Positions 21,236 to 31,503 of a DNA stretch of 64,000 nt are shown here, in pieces. Source of the stretch: an uncultured Acidobacteriota bacterium (lineage in GTDB: Bacteria > Acidobacteriota > UBA6911 > RPQK01 > JAPXNP01); assembly GCA_963777605.1 (NCBI GenBank), contig CAVZRV010000035.1, forward strand, positions 96,001 to 160,000. The letters run 5' to 3'. Positions within the stretch are counted from its first letter, which is position 1. Every line of letters begins with the position of its first letter. A model generated the notes under the pieces. The model saw nothing but the letters and a program-made list of their open reading frames with translations. It searched no databases and was not told the origin of the DNA. The position numbers were made by a program, and so were the translations under genes.

Positions 21236-22760
21236 ATGCGAAGTCTCACAGCAAGGGCGCTTGCTCTTTCCGTTGTTCTCGTCACCCTTCTGACCGTCTT
21301 CGGCTTTCCGGCATATGGGCAGGCTGGGTTCGGGGACGATCGGGTCATGCTGCAGGGTTTCTACTGGGAATCGCACCGCCACGGCCATTCCGGATCGCTT
21401 CCCCCAGTATGGTGATAAGAGCTGGTATGAGATCGTGTCCGAGCAGGCGGAAACGATCCGGGACGGTCGATTCGATCTGATCTGGCTCCCCCCACCGTCA
21501 TTCGCCGGGGAAATCAGCGCCGGCTACAATCCCAAGGAATATTTCAACCTCAACAACAGCTACGGCCCTTTCGAGACACATCGTTCGATGCTGGAAACCC
21601 TGCTGGAACATGGAATCGAGCCGGTCGCCGACATCGTCGTCAACCATCGGGACGGATCCACGGGCTGGGCCGGATTTACAGACCCCGCCTGGGGCACATG
21701 GGCGATCACCCGATTCGACGAGGCCTTCACGAATCCCGCCTCGGAAGTGTTCGACACTCCCCTGGCGGAAAGGGGAGCCGAAGAAGAGAGCCCGGTCGAG
21801 TATGCCGGGCACGTTGGCACAACCTACCAATACCCTTCGTTCCGGGACCTGGATCACACCAATCCAACGGTTCGGCGAGACCTGATTCGGTATCTATTGC
21901 AGCTCAGATCGATGGGCTACCGGGGCTGGCGCTATGACATGGTCCACGGCTACCACGCCAGATGGGTGGCAGTCTACAACCGGGCGACGCGGCCGACCTT
22001 TTCCGTGGGCGAATACGACTGGGACAAACACGCGGCGCAACGGGGATGGAGCTGGTACACGGCTACAACCGCAGGGGATCTCACGACGGCGAGCGATGTC
22101 TTCGATTTCACCACCTTTGCGACGCTGAAAAACAACAAGGGGAACTACCTGGCTCTTTACGGATATGGGAACGGCATCGGAATGGTGGGAGACACGACCA
22201 ACGGGCAGGCCTGGAAAAACCGGGCGGTGACGTTTCTCGAGAATCACGACACGGGATACCGAACCAATGAAGATGGCTCAGCGGAGCTTCACCACGAGTT
22301 CGACAGCTTCATGAATGACTGGCAGGTCGAGCAGGGCTACGCCCACATCCTGACCCACCCCGGAGTCCCCTGCGTCTACTGGAAGCACTACTTCGACTGG
22401 GGGACCGACCTCCAGGCGAAGATCCGCGCCCTCATCAACGCGCGGAAAGTCGCCGGCATTCACTCGGGCAGCACGGTCTACACCCAGCAAAACGCACAGG
22501 CGCGCGGCGTCTATGCCGCCGCCGTTACCGGTTACTTCGGCGTCCTCTATGTGCGCATCGGAGGGAGCGACGCCGATTGGCAGCCCTCCTACTCAGACTA
22601 TCGGGACTATCGGGAATACGCCCGGGGGTCAGGGTGGACCGTCTGGGTCGGCCTTCCCGGTAATCCCGATTTCCAACAGGCTCCCCTCAAGACGGCCCTG
22701 CCGGTTCCCGAGTATCGAGGACCCGAGGAGATCGCAGTTCCCGACGAGTGGCTGAACTGA
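21236..22760 (+). CDS. Secreted GH13 alpha-amylase with one frameshift near 21388
   Basis: Signal peptide plus VMLQGFYWES in an upstream frame; DIVVNH, GWRYDMVHG, VGEYDW and FLENHDT conserved regions. Confidence 0.85.
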
Positions 22761-23256
22761 TCCTCATCCACAAACGCAATCAGGGGCATCTCTAAAGCTG
22801 AGTGGGTCGAGTGCACACGATGCGACGGGATTGCCCGTTTATCACCGAAGTCAGCAGTCTTCAGATGCCGGGGTTATTTGCTTGCGACTTATCACTCAGT
22901 CCGATAAAATTCCATGCAACTCACAACGCAATTACCGACTCTCGGTTACACACTGCGTCCAGTAGCGGCTTCCAATTGGATTATCGAGACGGAATCACGC
23001 CGAATCGTTTGGAGCTGCTGGAAAGGAGGTCAGTCATGCGTAGGTCGCCCCGGGTAATACCGGAAGCCAGACTGCAGTCCGTCCCTCCGTGATCGACATG
23101 GCTTCGATTCATCAGGCAAGAGTACGCACACCATAAACTGGCTGCGCAACCATAAGGCGCGAGCCCTTGGCGCTTGGAGGAGACCCCGAGGCACTCCAAT
23201 CGAGAACCTCCGATCATGTTCAACCCTTCAGACAATGTCTCAACAGAGGTCGCAGC

Positions 23257-23508
23257 GTGAGTGAAACAGAGAGAATTCGTGAAATCAAGGCGAGAGCCGA
23301 ATCCGACTTGCTCAAGATCCCGGGTGTGACCGGAATTGATATCGGTTACAAAAAGGTCGGAGGCCGGAAGACGGCGATTCTCGCGATCCGAGTCTATGTC
23401 GAGAAAAAGGGAGATGTCGCCGAGAACCAGTCTATACCTTCAGAAATTGAAGGCGTCCCGACCGATGTGATCGAGCGGAAGTTTGTCCTGCACGCCGATC
23501 AGCAGTGA
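23257..23508 (+). CDS. Stand-alone paralogue of the protease N-terminal prodomain (83 aa)
   Basis: GAGGT RBS and GTG start; PGVTG.D.G.K...[10 protein letters not shown]....IP....[12 protein letters not shown] shared with the N-terminus of the next gene. Confidence 0.8.
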   Translation: MSETERIREIKARAESDLLKIPGVTGIDIGYKKVGGRKTAILAIRVYVEKKGDVAENQSIPSEIEGVPTDVIERKFVLHADQQ

Positions 23509-23597
23509 CCGGTACCAGCGCTGCGCCTGGGCCGTTGGAGGGTGGGGCCGAAGCGTCGCTAAATCCGCGCGGAAGAGGACCAGAGAGGAGTCCATTA

Positions 23598-25004
23598 ATG
23601 AAGACACTGAGCGAGATTCGAAGGGTGAAGAAGTCCCTTGAGGAAGAGATCATGGGCCGCCCAGGAGTCACTGGGTGCGATGTCGGACCGAAGATCGTCA
23701 AGGGGAAGAAGACAGGCGACTTGTCCATTCGAGTTTACGTGGAGAAGAAGGAAGATGTGCCGAAGAAGGACCAGATACCGAAAGCTTTCCTGGGGGTGAA
23801 AAGCGACGTCATCGAACGGAAATTTGTGCTGCACCAGATGAAGGCGAAGCTCGAGGATTTGAAGCCGAGAGCCGACACCGGGACCTATGATCCCCTTGTC
23901 GGCGGCATCAGCCTTGGTCCCTGCCGGGTGATCGGGGGGTACGTCTACACCGGGACTTTGGGCGCTATCGTCCGGGACAATGCTTCCAATGCCCCGATGC
24001 TATTGAGCAACTTTCACGTCATGTGTGTGGACGATGCCTGGGGTGTGGGCGATACCATGGCCCAGCCGAGCCGAGTGGATACAGGGTCCTGTCCCGCTGA
24101 CGTTGTGGGCACACTTCAGCGTTCATCGCTCGGGGGTCAGGTCGACTGCGCTGTGGCAGATATCACCGCACGAAGCAATGCCTGTGAGATCGTGGATATC
24201 GGCGCCGTCAATGGCACCGGGACGGCCACTGTTGAGATGGCCGTCAGGAAGAGAGGGCGTACGACAGGCCTTACTTATGGAATCGTCGACACGGTCGACC
24301 TGACCGTCAGCATCGACTACGGGGACGGGCTCGGTTCGGTCACCTTGACCGATCAGATCGGCATCGACGTTGATCCCGCCCAGAGCGTGCAGTTCGGCAA
24401 CTCGGGCGATTCGGGTTCTGTCGTCGTCGATGACGACCGCAATATTGTTGGGCTCTACTTCGCCGGAACCGACGACGGATCGTACGGCGTCGCCAACCCG
24501 ATTCAGTCGGTCCTGGCTGCGCTGAATATCAGCGTGTGCGTTCCCAAGATCAAGGAGATCAAGGAGTTCAAGGAACCCAAAGAATTCAAGGAGTTCAAAG
24601 AGCTCAAGGAATTCAAGGAGCCGAAGGAGTTCAAGGAGTTCAAGGAGTTCCGAAAGGAATTCAAGGAGCCCAAGGAGTTCAAGGAGTCGAAGGAGAGATT
24701 CAAGGAGTTCAAGGAGAAGGATAAGGATATCTACGAAGATTTCCCAGGCGGTCCCTTCGATCCGGGTCCGTTCGATCCCGGGCCTTGGGGCCAGCGATCC
24801 CTGGAAGAGCGCTTGGCTCGTCTCGAGACGGTTGCCAACCAGTTGGTGCACTTCATCAATCCGGAGATGCGTCCCGAGCTTGCGCGCTCAGCGTTGGCCC
24901 AAGAACCAGATTTGAGGAAAACTCAGGAAAAGCTCCAGAAAGAGGCCTCGGACGCTAAACAGGCCAAGGACAGTAAGGACGTTGAAAAGCCTCGCGAGCA
25001 GTAA
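23598..25004 (+). CDS. Nal1-like trypsin-fold serine protease with a (KEx)18 repeat and C-terminal helical tail
   Basis: GAGGAG RBS; GTLGAIV, SNFHV (His), VDCA (Asp), KRGRTTG, GDSGS (Ser); no signal peptide. Confidence 0.88.
   Translation: MKTLSEIRRVKKSLEEEIMGRPGVTGCDVGPKIVKGKKTGDLSIRVYVEKKEDVPKKDQIPKAFLGVKSDVIERKFVLHQMKAKLEDLKPRADTGTYDPLVGGISLGPCRVIGGYVYTGTLGAIVRDNASNAPMLLSNFHVMCVDDAWGVGDTMAQPSRVDTGSCPADVVGTLQRSSLGGQVDCAVADITARSNACEIVDIGAVNGTGTATVEMAVRKRGRTTGLTYGIVDTVDLTVSIDYGDGLGSVTLTDQIGIDVDPAQSVQFGNSGDSGSVVVDDDRNIVGLYFAGTDDGSYGVANPIQSVLAALNISVCVPKIKEIKEFKEPKEFKEFKELKEFKEPKEFKEFKEFRKEFKEPKEFKESKERFKEFKEKDKDIYEDFPGGPFDPGPFDPGPWGQRSLEERLARLETVANQLVHFINPEMRPELARSALAQEPDLRKTQEKLQKEASDAKQAKDSKDVEKPREQ
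24552..24719 (+). repeat. Coding 9-bp tandem repeat (AAGGAGTTC consensus) encoding 18 Lys-Glu-X units
   Basis: [56 protein letters not shown]. Confidence 0.95.
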
Positions 25005-25049
25005 GGAATTGGCGTGGGACGGTGACCGAGCCTCTCGTCCGGGTCTCGC

Positions 25050-25790
25050 ATGTGGATAGTTTTGGGGAGTTTCAACGACGTCGGAGCGCTCTGGGCCTAC
25101 GAGGGACTGAAGGCGAGGGGACTTGAGCCGCTTGAGTTTGTCTCAAGTGAGTCCCTCGCCTACAGTCTCTTCTGGGAACATCGTGTCGGGCGAAGTGGCT
25201 CGACCTACACGGCATTTCGGCTGGCTGATGGCCGTTGCTTCACGAGCAAGGAAATCCGGGGGGTATTGAACCGCCTGGTCCATCTGCCGACGGACCATTT
25301 CGCCGTCGCGCAGCCTGGAGAGCGGGCCTACGCCGGCCAGGAATTGACGGCGTTCGTTCTGAGTTGGCTGACTTCCCTGGGGCCAAATGTGCTCAACCTG
25401 CCCTCACCCCAAGGGCTGTTTGGCCGCTGGCGAAGGCCGCTGGAATGGCTGCAACTGGCGTCACGGGCGGGTCTTTCAACCCGAGATTACCCGGATATCG
25501 CCTCTGAAATTTCCGGTGAGGAACCGGACCGTTTCTTGCGAGGCAGCCGATCAAACCGGATGGCCTTGGTGTTGGATGACACCGTCTACGGACCTGATCT
25601 TCCCGCCAGGGTGCGGTCTGGAGCAATCCGACTGGGCCGGCTTTCCGAAACGAGACTCCTGGGCGTTTCCTTCCATCCGGGATCGGAAAAGGATTGGGTT
25701 TTCGAAAGCGCGACACCTCTTCCTGACCTGCGGCCGGGCGGAAACATCTTTCTCGATGGACTCATGGAGGCTCTGACTCAAGAACGATGA
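25050..25790 (+). CDS. Degenerate ATP-grasp-like protein
   Basis: Pre-grasp-like N-terminus (IRGVLNRL, VLNLP, ASRAGL); lacks the K..G, QEF and EVN motifs (has FESATPLP). Confidence 0.6.
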   Translation: MWIVLGSFNDVGALWAYEGLKARGLEPLEFVSSESLAYSLFWEHRVGRSGSTYTAFRLADGRCFTSKEIRGVLNRLVHLPTDHFAVAQPGERAYAGQELTAFVLSWLTSLGPNVLNLPSPQGLFGRWRRPLEWLQLASRAGLSTRDYPDIASEISGEEPDRFLRGSRSNRMALVLDDTVYGPDLPARVRSGAIRLGRLSETRLLGVSFHPGSEKDWVFESATPLPDLRPGGNIFLDGLMEALTQER

Positions 25791-26713
25791 TTCTCTTGTG
25801 CGGCATTCCCACTGAAGGTCCCCTTGCGCTGCTTCGGGCGGAGGTGGAGAAGCTCGGCTATCCCTACGTCCTGTTCAATCAGCGGCACTTTGCCGACTCC
25901 GGGATCGACCTTCGCCTCTCATCCGGGAAGGTCGCTGGGACCATTTCTACGGCGGGACGAACCTATCGGCTCGAGGATATCTCAGGAATCTTTGTGCGCC
26001 TGATGGACGAAAGGGAGTTACCTGAGATCCTGGAGGAACCAGAGGACTCTCCACTGAAACGGCACTGCCGTAAGCTTCACGAGTCGCTTGTCGAGTGGTG
26101 TGAAATCAGTCCCGGTCGGGTCGTAAATCGAGTGGCTCCGATGGGCTCCAACTTCTCGAAGCCGTACCAGGCACAGCTGATTTGTCGGCAGGGATTCTTG
26201 ACTCCAGAGACGCTCATCACAAATGACCCGCTCCTCGCGCGAGAGTTCTACCAGACCCGAAGGAAAGTCATCTACAAATCGATCAGTGGGGTCCGCTCGA
26301 TCGTTCAGCTGATGAAACCGGAGGATCTGGATCGGCTGGATTCTTTACGCTGGTGCCCGACCCAGTTCCAGGAATTCGTCGAGGGCGAGAACGTGAGGGT
26401 CCACACGATTGGGCAGACGAACGTCTTTGCCACCCGGATTGTTGCAGAAGCGACCGACTACCGCTACAGTCGCGCGGGCCAGGACCGGGATACGGAACTC
26501 CAACCGTGGTCCATTCCCGACGAACTTGCCGAGCGTTGTTTGAGACTCGCCCAGTCGCTGGGATTGGCCTTTGCCGGAATCGACTTGAAAATCACTCGCG
26601 AAGACGAGGTCTTTTGTTTCGAGGTTAATCCCTGCCCCGCATTCAGCTACTACGAATCCTACACGGGCCAGCCGATTGCCCGGGCCCTGGCGGAATACCT
26701 GGTCGGGCAGTAA
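25787..26713 (+). CDS. RimK/graspetide-synthetase-like ATP-grasp ligase
   Basis: SKPYQ, TPETLITND, IYKSISG, QFQEFVEG, GIDLK and FEVNPCP motifs; ATGA overlap with the upstream gene. Confidence 0.9.
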   Translation: MILLCGIPTEGPLALLRAEVEKLGYPYVLFNQRHFADSGIDLRLSSGKVAGTISTAGRTYRLEDISGIFVRLMDERELPEILEEPEDSPLKRHCRKLHESLVEWCEISPGRVVNRVAPMGSNFSKPYQAQLICRQGFLTPETLITNDPLLAREFYQTRRKVIYKSISGVRSIVQLMKPEDLDRLDSLRWCPTQFQEFVEGENVRVHTIGQTNVFATRIVAEATDYRYSRAGQDRDTELQPWSIPDELAERCLRLAQSLGLAFAGIDLKITREDEVFCFEVNPCPAFSYYESYTGQPIARALAEYLVGQ

Positions 26714-26953
26714 CCCCAGCCGGCGCGGGCCGCCGGACTCTTTGCGGGCATTTTAGAAATCTCTTTCCGACTGAAGGGATCTCATGTTCCATTGAAAGAG
26801 AAACGTGTCGAAGCGAAGACGACCGTGCCCTGAATCGCCAGGGAGCAGGAGGCGATTTCCGGCGAGTTGTTGGGTGTGGAAGACCGCCTCGAAGGTGGAA
26901 CTGTGCTCTGTCCTGAACCAGCCTCGCGGTTTCACTGGAAGCAGCCACGAGGG

Positions 26954-27474
26954 GGCTTTGTCAAGTTGAGCCAAGGTCAGCGTGATCAGCCAGAATTGTT
27001 GAATGAGCACCAGCTATAAAGGCGTGTGTTTCCCTCCCGAGATCATCAGTCATGCGGTCTGGCTCTACCATCGTTTCGCCCTCAGCTTTCGGGATGTCGA
27101 GGATCTGCTGGCTGAGCGTGGAATCATTGTTTCGCACGAAGCCATCCGTTTCTGGTGTCTGAAGTTCGGACCGGAATACGCTCGAAGGCTCCGAAAGAAA
27201 CAAGGTCGATTGGGGGGACATCTGGCATGTCGATGAAGTCTTCGTCAAAGTCCAGGGACAGCAGAGGTATCTGTGGCGCGCCGTCGATCAAGACGGCGAT
27301 GTTCTCGACATTTTGGTGACGAAGAGACAAAATAAACAAGCTGCCACGCGGTTCTTTCGCAAGCTGTTGAAGGGACAGGGTTCGTCGCCCTGGAAACTGG
27401 TCACCGATAAACTCCGGAGCTATTCTGCCGCTCATGGCGATGTCTTTCCCTCGATCGAGCATCGAACAGGTTAG
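26954..27474 (+). mobile_element. IS6-family element, frameshifted and truncated by IS1634
   Basis: GGCTTTGTCA end; FPPEIISHAVWLYHRF, YLWRAVDQDG, VTDKLRSY. Confidence 0.85.
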
Positions 27475-29464
27475 CCCAAGTTCGACAGTTGAGCCTGTCC
27501 GGGAGGGATTTTTCGGCTTATTCTGCTGATAACTTCTCTGTTTTCAATGGCCATTTTCCGGCGAGTGCGTGTAGTGGAGACAACCCCGTTGCGGACGGGG
27601 GGTTGAGGGCCCGATACTGGGGTCATGTTCCTTCGACCCAATCGCCGGCGTCGCAAAGGGGAAACCTACGAGTACTGGACGCTGGTGGAATCGGTGCGCA
27701 CGGCGCGGGGGCCGCGGCAGCGGATCGTGGCAACGCTGGGAAAGCTGCCCGGGTTGGACGAGGAAGAGCGGGCCGGCTGGGAGGAGATTGCGCGGTTGCT
27801 GGACGGGGAACCACGCTCGGCGGCCCAGCGAAAGCTGTTTGAGGCCGATCCGGAAGACCCGCCGCAGTGGGCTCAGGTCAACCTGCGTGGAGTCCGGGTG
27901 GAACGGGTCCGCGAGTTCGGCAAGGTGTGGTTGGGGTTGGCGTTGTGGCGCCGGTTGGGGCTGCACCAGTTCTTTGCCGACCACAGCCACCAGGGACGTG
28001 AGCAGGTGGACTGGGCGACGGTGGCCTGCATTCTGACGCTGGGACGATTCTGTGCCCAGGCCTCGGAGTTGGCCTTGGGCGAGCGGTGGTATGCGACGAC
28101 GGCGTTGGAGGATCTGGTCGGGGTGTCGGCCGACGCGGTGTACGACAACCGCCTCTATCGGGGCCTGGATCAGATGCTGCCGCTGCGCGACACCCTGTTC
28201 AGCCACCTGCGGGAACGCTACCGGAGCCTGTACGGAAGCCGCTTCGAGTTTCTGCTCTACGATGTCACCAGTACCTATTTCGAAGGCCAGTGCGGGAGCA
28301 ATCCGCTGGCCCAGCGGGGCTACAGCCGGGACAGTCGTCCGGACTGCAAACAGGTCTGCATTGGACTGGTGGTGACTCCGGAAGGGTTGCCCCTGGCCTA
28401 CGAGGTGTTTGCGGGAAACCGTGCGGACGTGACCACGGTCGAGGACATTGTGGAGTTGATGGAACGCAAGTACGGGCGCGCGCAACGGATCTGGGCGATG
28501 GACCGGGGCATGGTCAGTGAAGACAATCTGGACCATCTGCGTCGGCGCAACGCCTGGTACATCGTGGGGACACCGAAAGCGAAACTGAAACAGTTCGGCC
28601 GGGAACTCGAGGAGAAGACCGAGTGGCAGGAGGTCCAGCCCGGGCTGGAGGTGAAGCTGATCGAGCATCCGGACGGGCGGGGCCAGGAGCGGTTCGTGCT
28701 GTGCCGCAGCCAGGCCCGGCAAGCCAAAGAAGCGGCCATGCTGGAGCGGCAGCGGGAGCGGTTGCGGGCACACCTGGCGGCGATTGACGCGTCGCTGAGA
28801 AAGCGGCCGCAGGATCCGGAGTCGGTGGGCCGGCGGATCGGCCGATGGCTGGGGCGCCACACGGCGGCGGAGAAACTGTTTCGGGTGGAGGTGATCGTCG
28901 AAAAGAGTCGTGCCGTCCGTTTGCAGATCGAGGAGGACGAAGGTCGACGGGACTGGGCGCAGGCCGCCCAGGGAGCCTATCTGTTGCGAACCAACTGCAC
29001 GGAGACGGATCCGGTCCAGCTCTGGAAGTGGTACATGCATCTGACCGAGGTCGAGGATGCCTTCCGGATCAGCAAGTCGGATCTGGGATTGAGACCGGTG
29101 TTTCATCAGCGGCAGGACCGGGTCGAGGCCCATTTGCTGATCTGCTTTCTGGCGTTGGCTCTGTGGCGAAGCCTCGAACAGTGGTTGAGCGCCAAAGGGT
29201 TGGGAGACTGTGCACGGCGAGTGCTGGAACAGATGTCGACGATCCGATCAATGGACGTGGTGCTGCCCATCAAAGACCGGGCAGAAGTCCGCCTGCGACT
29301 GGTGGGCAAACCCGAACAGCCCACGGCGGAGTTGATGACCCGCATGCGCCTGGGCCTGCCCACCCGACCGAAAGTGATTCAAAATGTAGTGGAGAAAACG
29401 TAAGACCGCGGACTGCATCTAAACGACTTACCGCGATTTATACCCCTTAACTGTCGAACTTGGG
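27475..29464 (+). mobile_element. IS1634-family element
   Basis: Perfect terminal inverted repeats CCCAAGTTCGACAGTT / AACTGTCGAACTTGGG. Confidence 0.9.
27625..29403 (+). CDS. tnp: IS1634 DDE transposase
   Basis: LYDVTSTYFEG, GYSRD.RPDCKQ, MDRGM, VEDAFR..KSDL.LRPVFH. Confidence 0.93.
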   Translation: MFLRPNRRRRKGETYEYWTLVESVRTARGPRQRIVATLGKLPGLDEEERAGWEEIARLLDGEPRSAAQRKLFEADPEDPPQWAQVNLRGVRVERVREFGKVWLGLALWRRLGLHQFFADHSHQGREQVDWATVACILTLGRFCAQASELALGERWYATTALEDLVGVSADAVYDNRLYRGLDQMLPLRDTLFSHLRERYRSLYGSRFEFLLYDVTSTYFEGQCGSNPLAQRGYSRDSRPDCKQVCIGLVVTPEGLPLAYEVFAGNRADVTTVEDIVELMERKYGRAQRIWAMDRGMVSEDNLDHLRRRNAWYIVGTPKAKLKQFGRELEEKTEWQEVQPGLEVKLIEHPDGRGQERFVLCRSQARQAKEAAMLERQRERLRAHLAAIDASLRKRPQDPESVGRRIGRWLGRHTAAEKLFRVEVIVEKSRAVRLQIEEDEGRRDWAQAAQGAYLLRTNCTETDPVQLWKWYMHLTEVEDAFRISKSDLGLRPVFHQRQDRVEAHLLICFLALALWRSLEQWLSAKGLGDCARRVLEQMSTIRSMDVVLPIKDRAEVRLRLVGKPEQPTAELMTRMRLGLPTRPKVIQNVVEKT

Positions 29465-29836
29465 CTAACATCCATCAGCTTCTGAATGGGGGGAGGACTC
29501 TCTTCTCCGGTCATCGGTTTCCACGCCAGATTCACTCTGCCGGGCCGCGAGGTTGGGCGCAGGCCCGTTTCGGCTTGGGTTCTTCAACAGCCATTCGCGC
29601 CTTTCCGCCTTCCAAATAGGAGTCAGTACCAACCCTGCAAAAGCAGCCCAGAAAGAGAATCCGCAAATGAGGATTATCAACGCCCTCAGGAGTTCACGTT
29701 GGCTCGATACATTCAACGCCAGCAGCGCACAACTCAAAAGGAAGAGAACTGCCCCAATGAACCGCAGCCGTTTCAGAAAGCGGATGATGCGGTCATACCC
29801 CTCCAAGGATCGTTGGGGTTCTTGGTGCCTGGCCAT
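29465..29836 (-). CDS. Hypothetical membrane protein (2 TM)
   Basis: Two hydrophobic helices; stop codon abuts the IS end. Confidence 0.5.
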   Translation of the reverse strand: MARHQEPQRSLEGYDRIIRFLKRLRFIGAVLFLLSCALLALNVSSQRELLRALIILICGFSFWAAFAGLVLTPIWKAERREWLLKNPSRNGPAPNLAARQSESGVETDDRRRESSPHSEADGC

Positions 29837-30205
29837 TACATTCCCGGACTCAGTTTACTCGCAATCTTCGGAGCCCGGCATCCGACTGCCGGCGACACTT
29901 GGCCTTTGCACGTTGTTCAGCCCTCTCACTGTTGACTTTGCACTGCCCATGGCGGGATTCACGACTACTCCAACTCGAAATAGCTGCACCCATCCAGACC
30001 AGTTGGCCTGGCCACAAGATTGAGACGCTGCTTATTCCCGGAATCCGGGTTGATACGGATCTTGACGCTTCCAGAACAGAAACCTTCAATGCCTCATGCA
30101 GCGCCGTGACGGAGGTCCTCCACAACAAGTCGTTTTCTGGATCGCTCATCGACTTTCGGCGTCTCAATTCAAGTGTTCTTTGGCACAGCATTTCTGAGCC
30201 CGGCC

Positions 30206-31503
30206 TTACCGGGCTTGTGAGGTAACCGATCTGCCCAGCGGGAGGCTGGAAGAGACGATGCCTCGGATCGTGCGAAGGCTGGTCGCGACGATCAGTTGAT
30301 CGGAGACGATTTCGATGGTTCCTTCCGTGTCCTGTTCCGCCAGATCGGGAAGCAACTCGTCCAGAAACCAGGCTCTCTGCTCGCCAGGTTCCAGGGTTCG
30401 CTCCACCTCCTGGAGAGGACTCGGCCGAGGAAAATAGAAACGGATCGACACCGTTGCGGTTTCGTCCCGAGAGATTGGCCAGCGCCAAACCGGTATTGGT
30501 CTCTTCCGCGACTTCCTTTTGGAAGACTCCGAAGAAGCGGTAACCCGGAGTCGCTGCCTCGATCCCGGCTTCGGACACCGGATGGTTGTCTGGACCAGGA
30601 TCCTGTAGACTGAGGCGAATTCAATCGGGTACCTGGAGGTCAGGCAAGCATACCCGTGATCCAGACCGGAGCCCGAATCCACCGTGCGAATGATCTTGGG
30701 TCTCAAGCCGACGAGCTCGAATTCGGCAGGATTGCCCAGTCCTCCGTCAAGTCCGATCGCCGACAATTCCCCGGAAGGGTCCAGGAACTCAAGTCGAAGA
30801 GGGGCATTGAATACCGTAGTCGGTAGGGCTGGTCAGGCTCAACTGGGTCTGCAATTTCAGATCGGTTCCCGCAATCGGGCCGTGGGCGACCTGAGTGACG
30901 CACCTCTGAAAGACCGGCTGTTCGACGAAGACCACCCAGATCATGAAACACTGTTTCGGGAACGGCCGGGTTGTCGTACTCGATCTCGACGCGTCGGATC
31001 CTGCCCTCCTCGTTCTCCACTGGGTACAGTAAAGTCCATCAGTAGTCATCCGAGAGGTCGTGTACTTGTTTCTCACCCAATTGGACCCATCCACATCGAG
31101 ATAGCGGATTGTCGCCTCGGTACTCACTGCGGCACCAAGTTCAGCGCAAGACTTCGGACCGGAGTGTCAAAGGAAATCACGAGGGCCCCGGCGTCCGTGC
31201 CGGACGGTGCCGTTTTGAATCACCGTTCGTCGACCTGCGATTCATATTCCTCTGGTGGAGAACAGCTAGAGTTCGACTGACAGGGCGCTTCCCGGAATGA
31301 CTGGTCAACTGGATTCCCCACTGCGAGAAGAGCTCGCCGGCGTCCGAGCCTTCGGGTTGCGGCGGAGGGACGAGTTCCACCCGGTCTTCGGAGTAGAAAA
31401 TGCCCTCGTCTTGTGCCAACGCCACCATCGTTCTCATCAGGATCCCAACCCACAGTAGTCCCCACAGCAACACTCGACTCGACGCGATCCTCCTCCGGTC
31501 CAT
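30206..31503 (-). pseudogene. Multiply frameshifted paralogue of the secreted protein at 38140-39468
   Basis: QRCVTQVAHG, GYACLTSRYPIE, TNTGLALAN and LRTIRGIVSSSLPL match the 38 kb gene across several frames. Confidence 0.8.

Noticed and set aside
24552-24719. Tandem repeat as a CRISPR array
   Set aside because: It is a 9-bp coding repeat with no spacers and no cas genes; no CRISPR array was seen in the window
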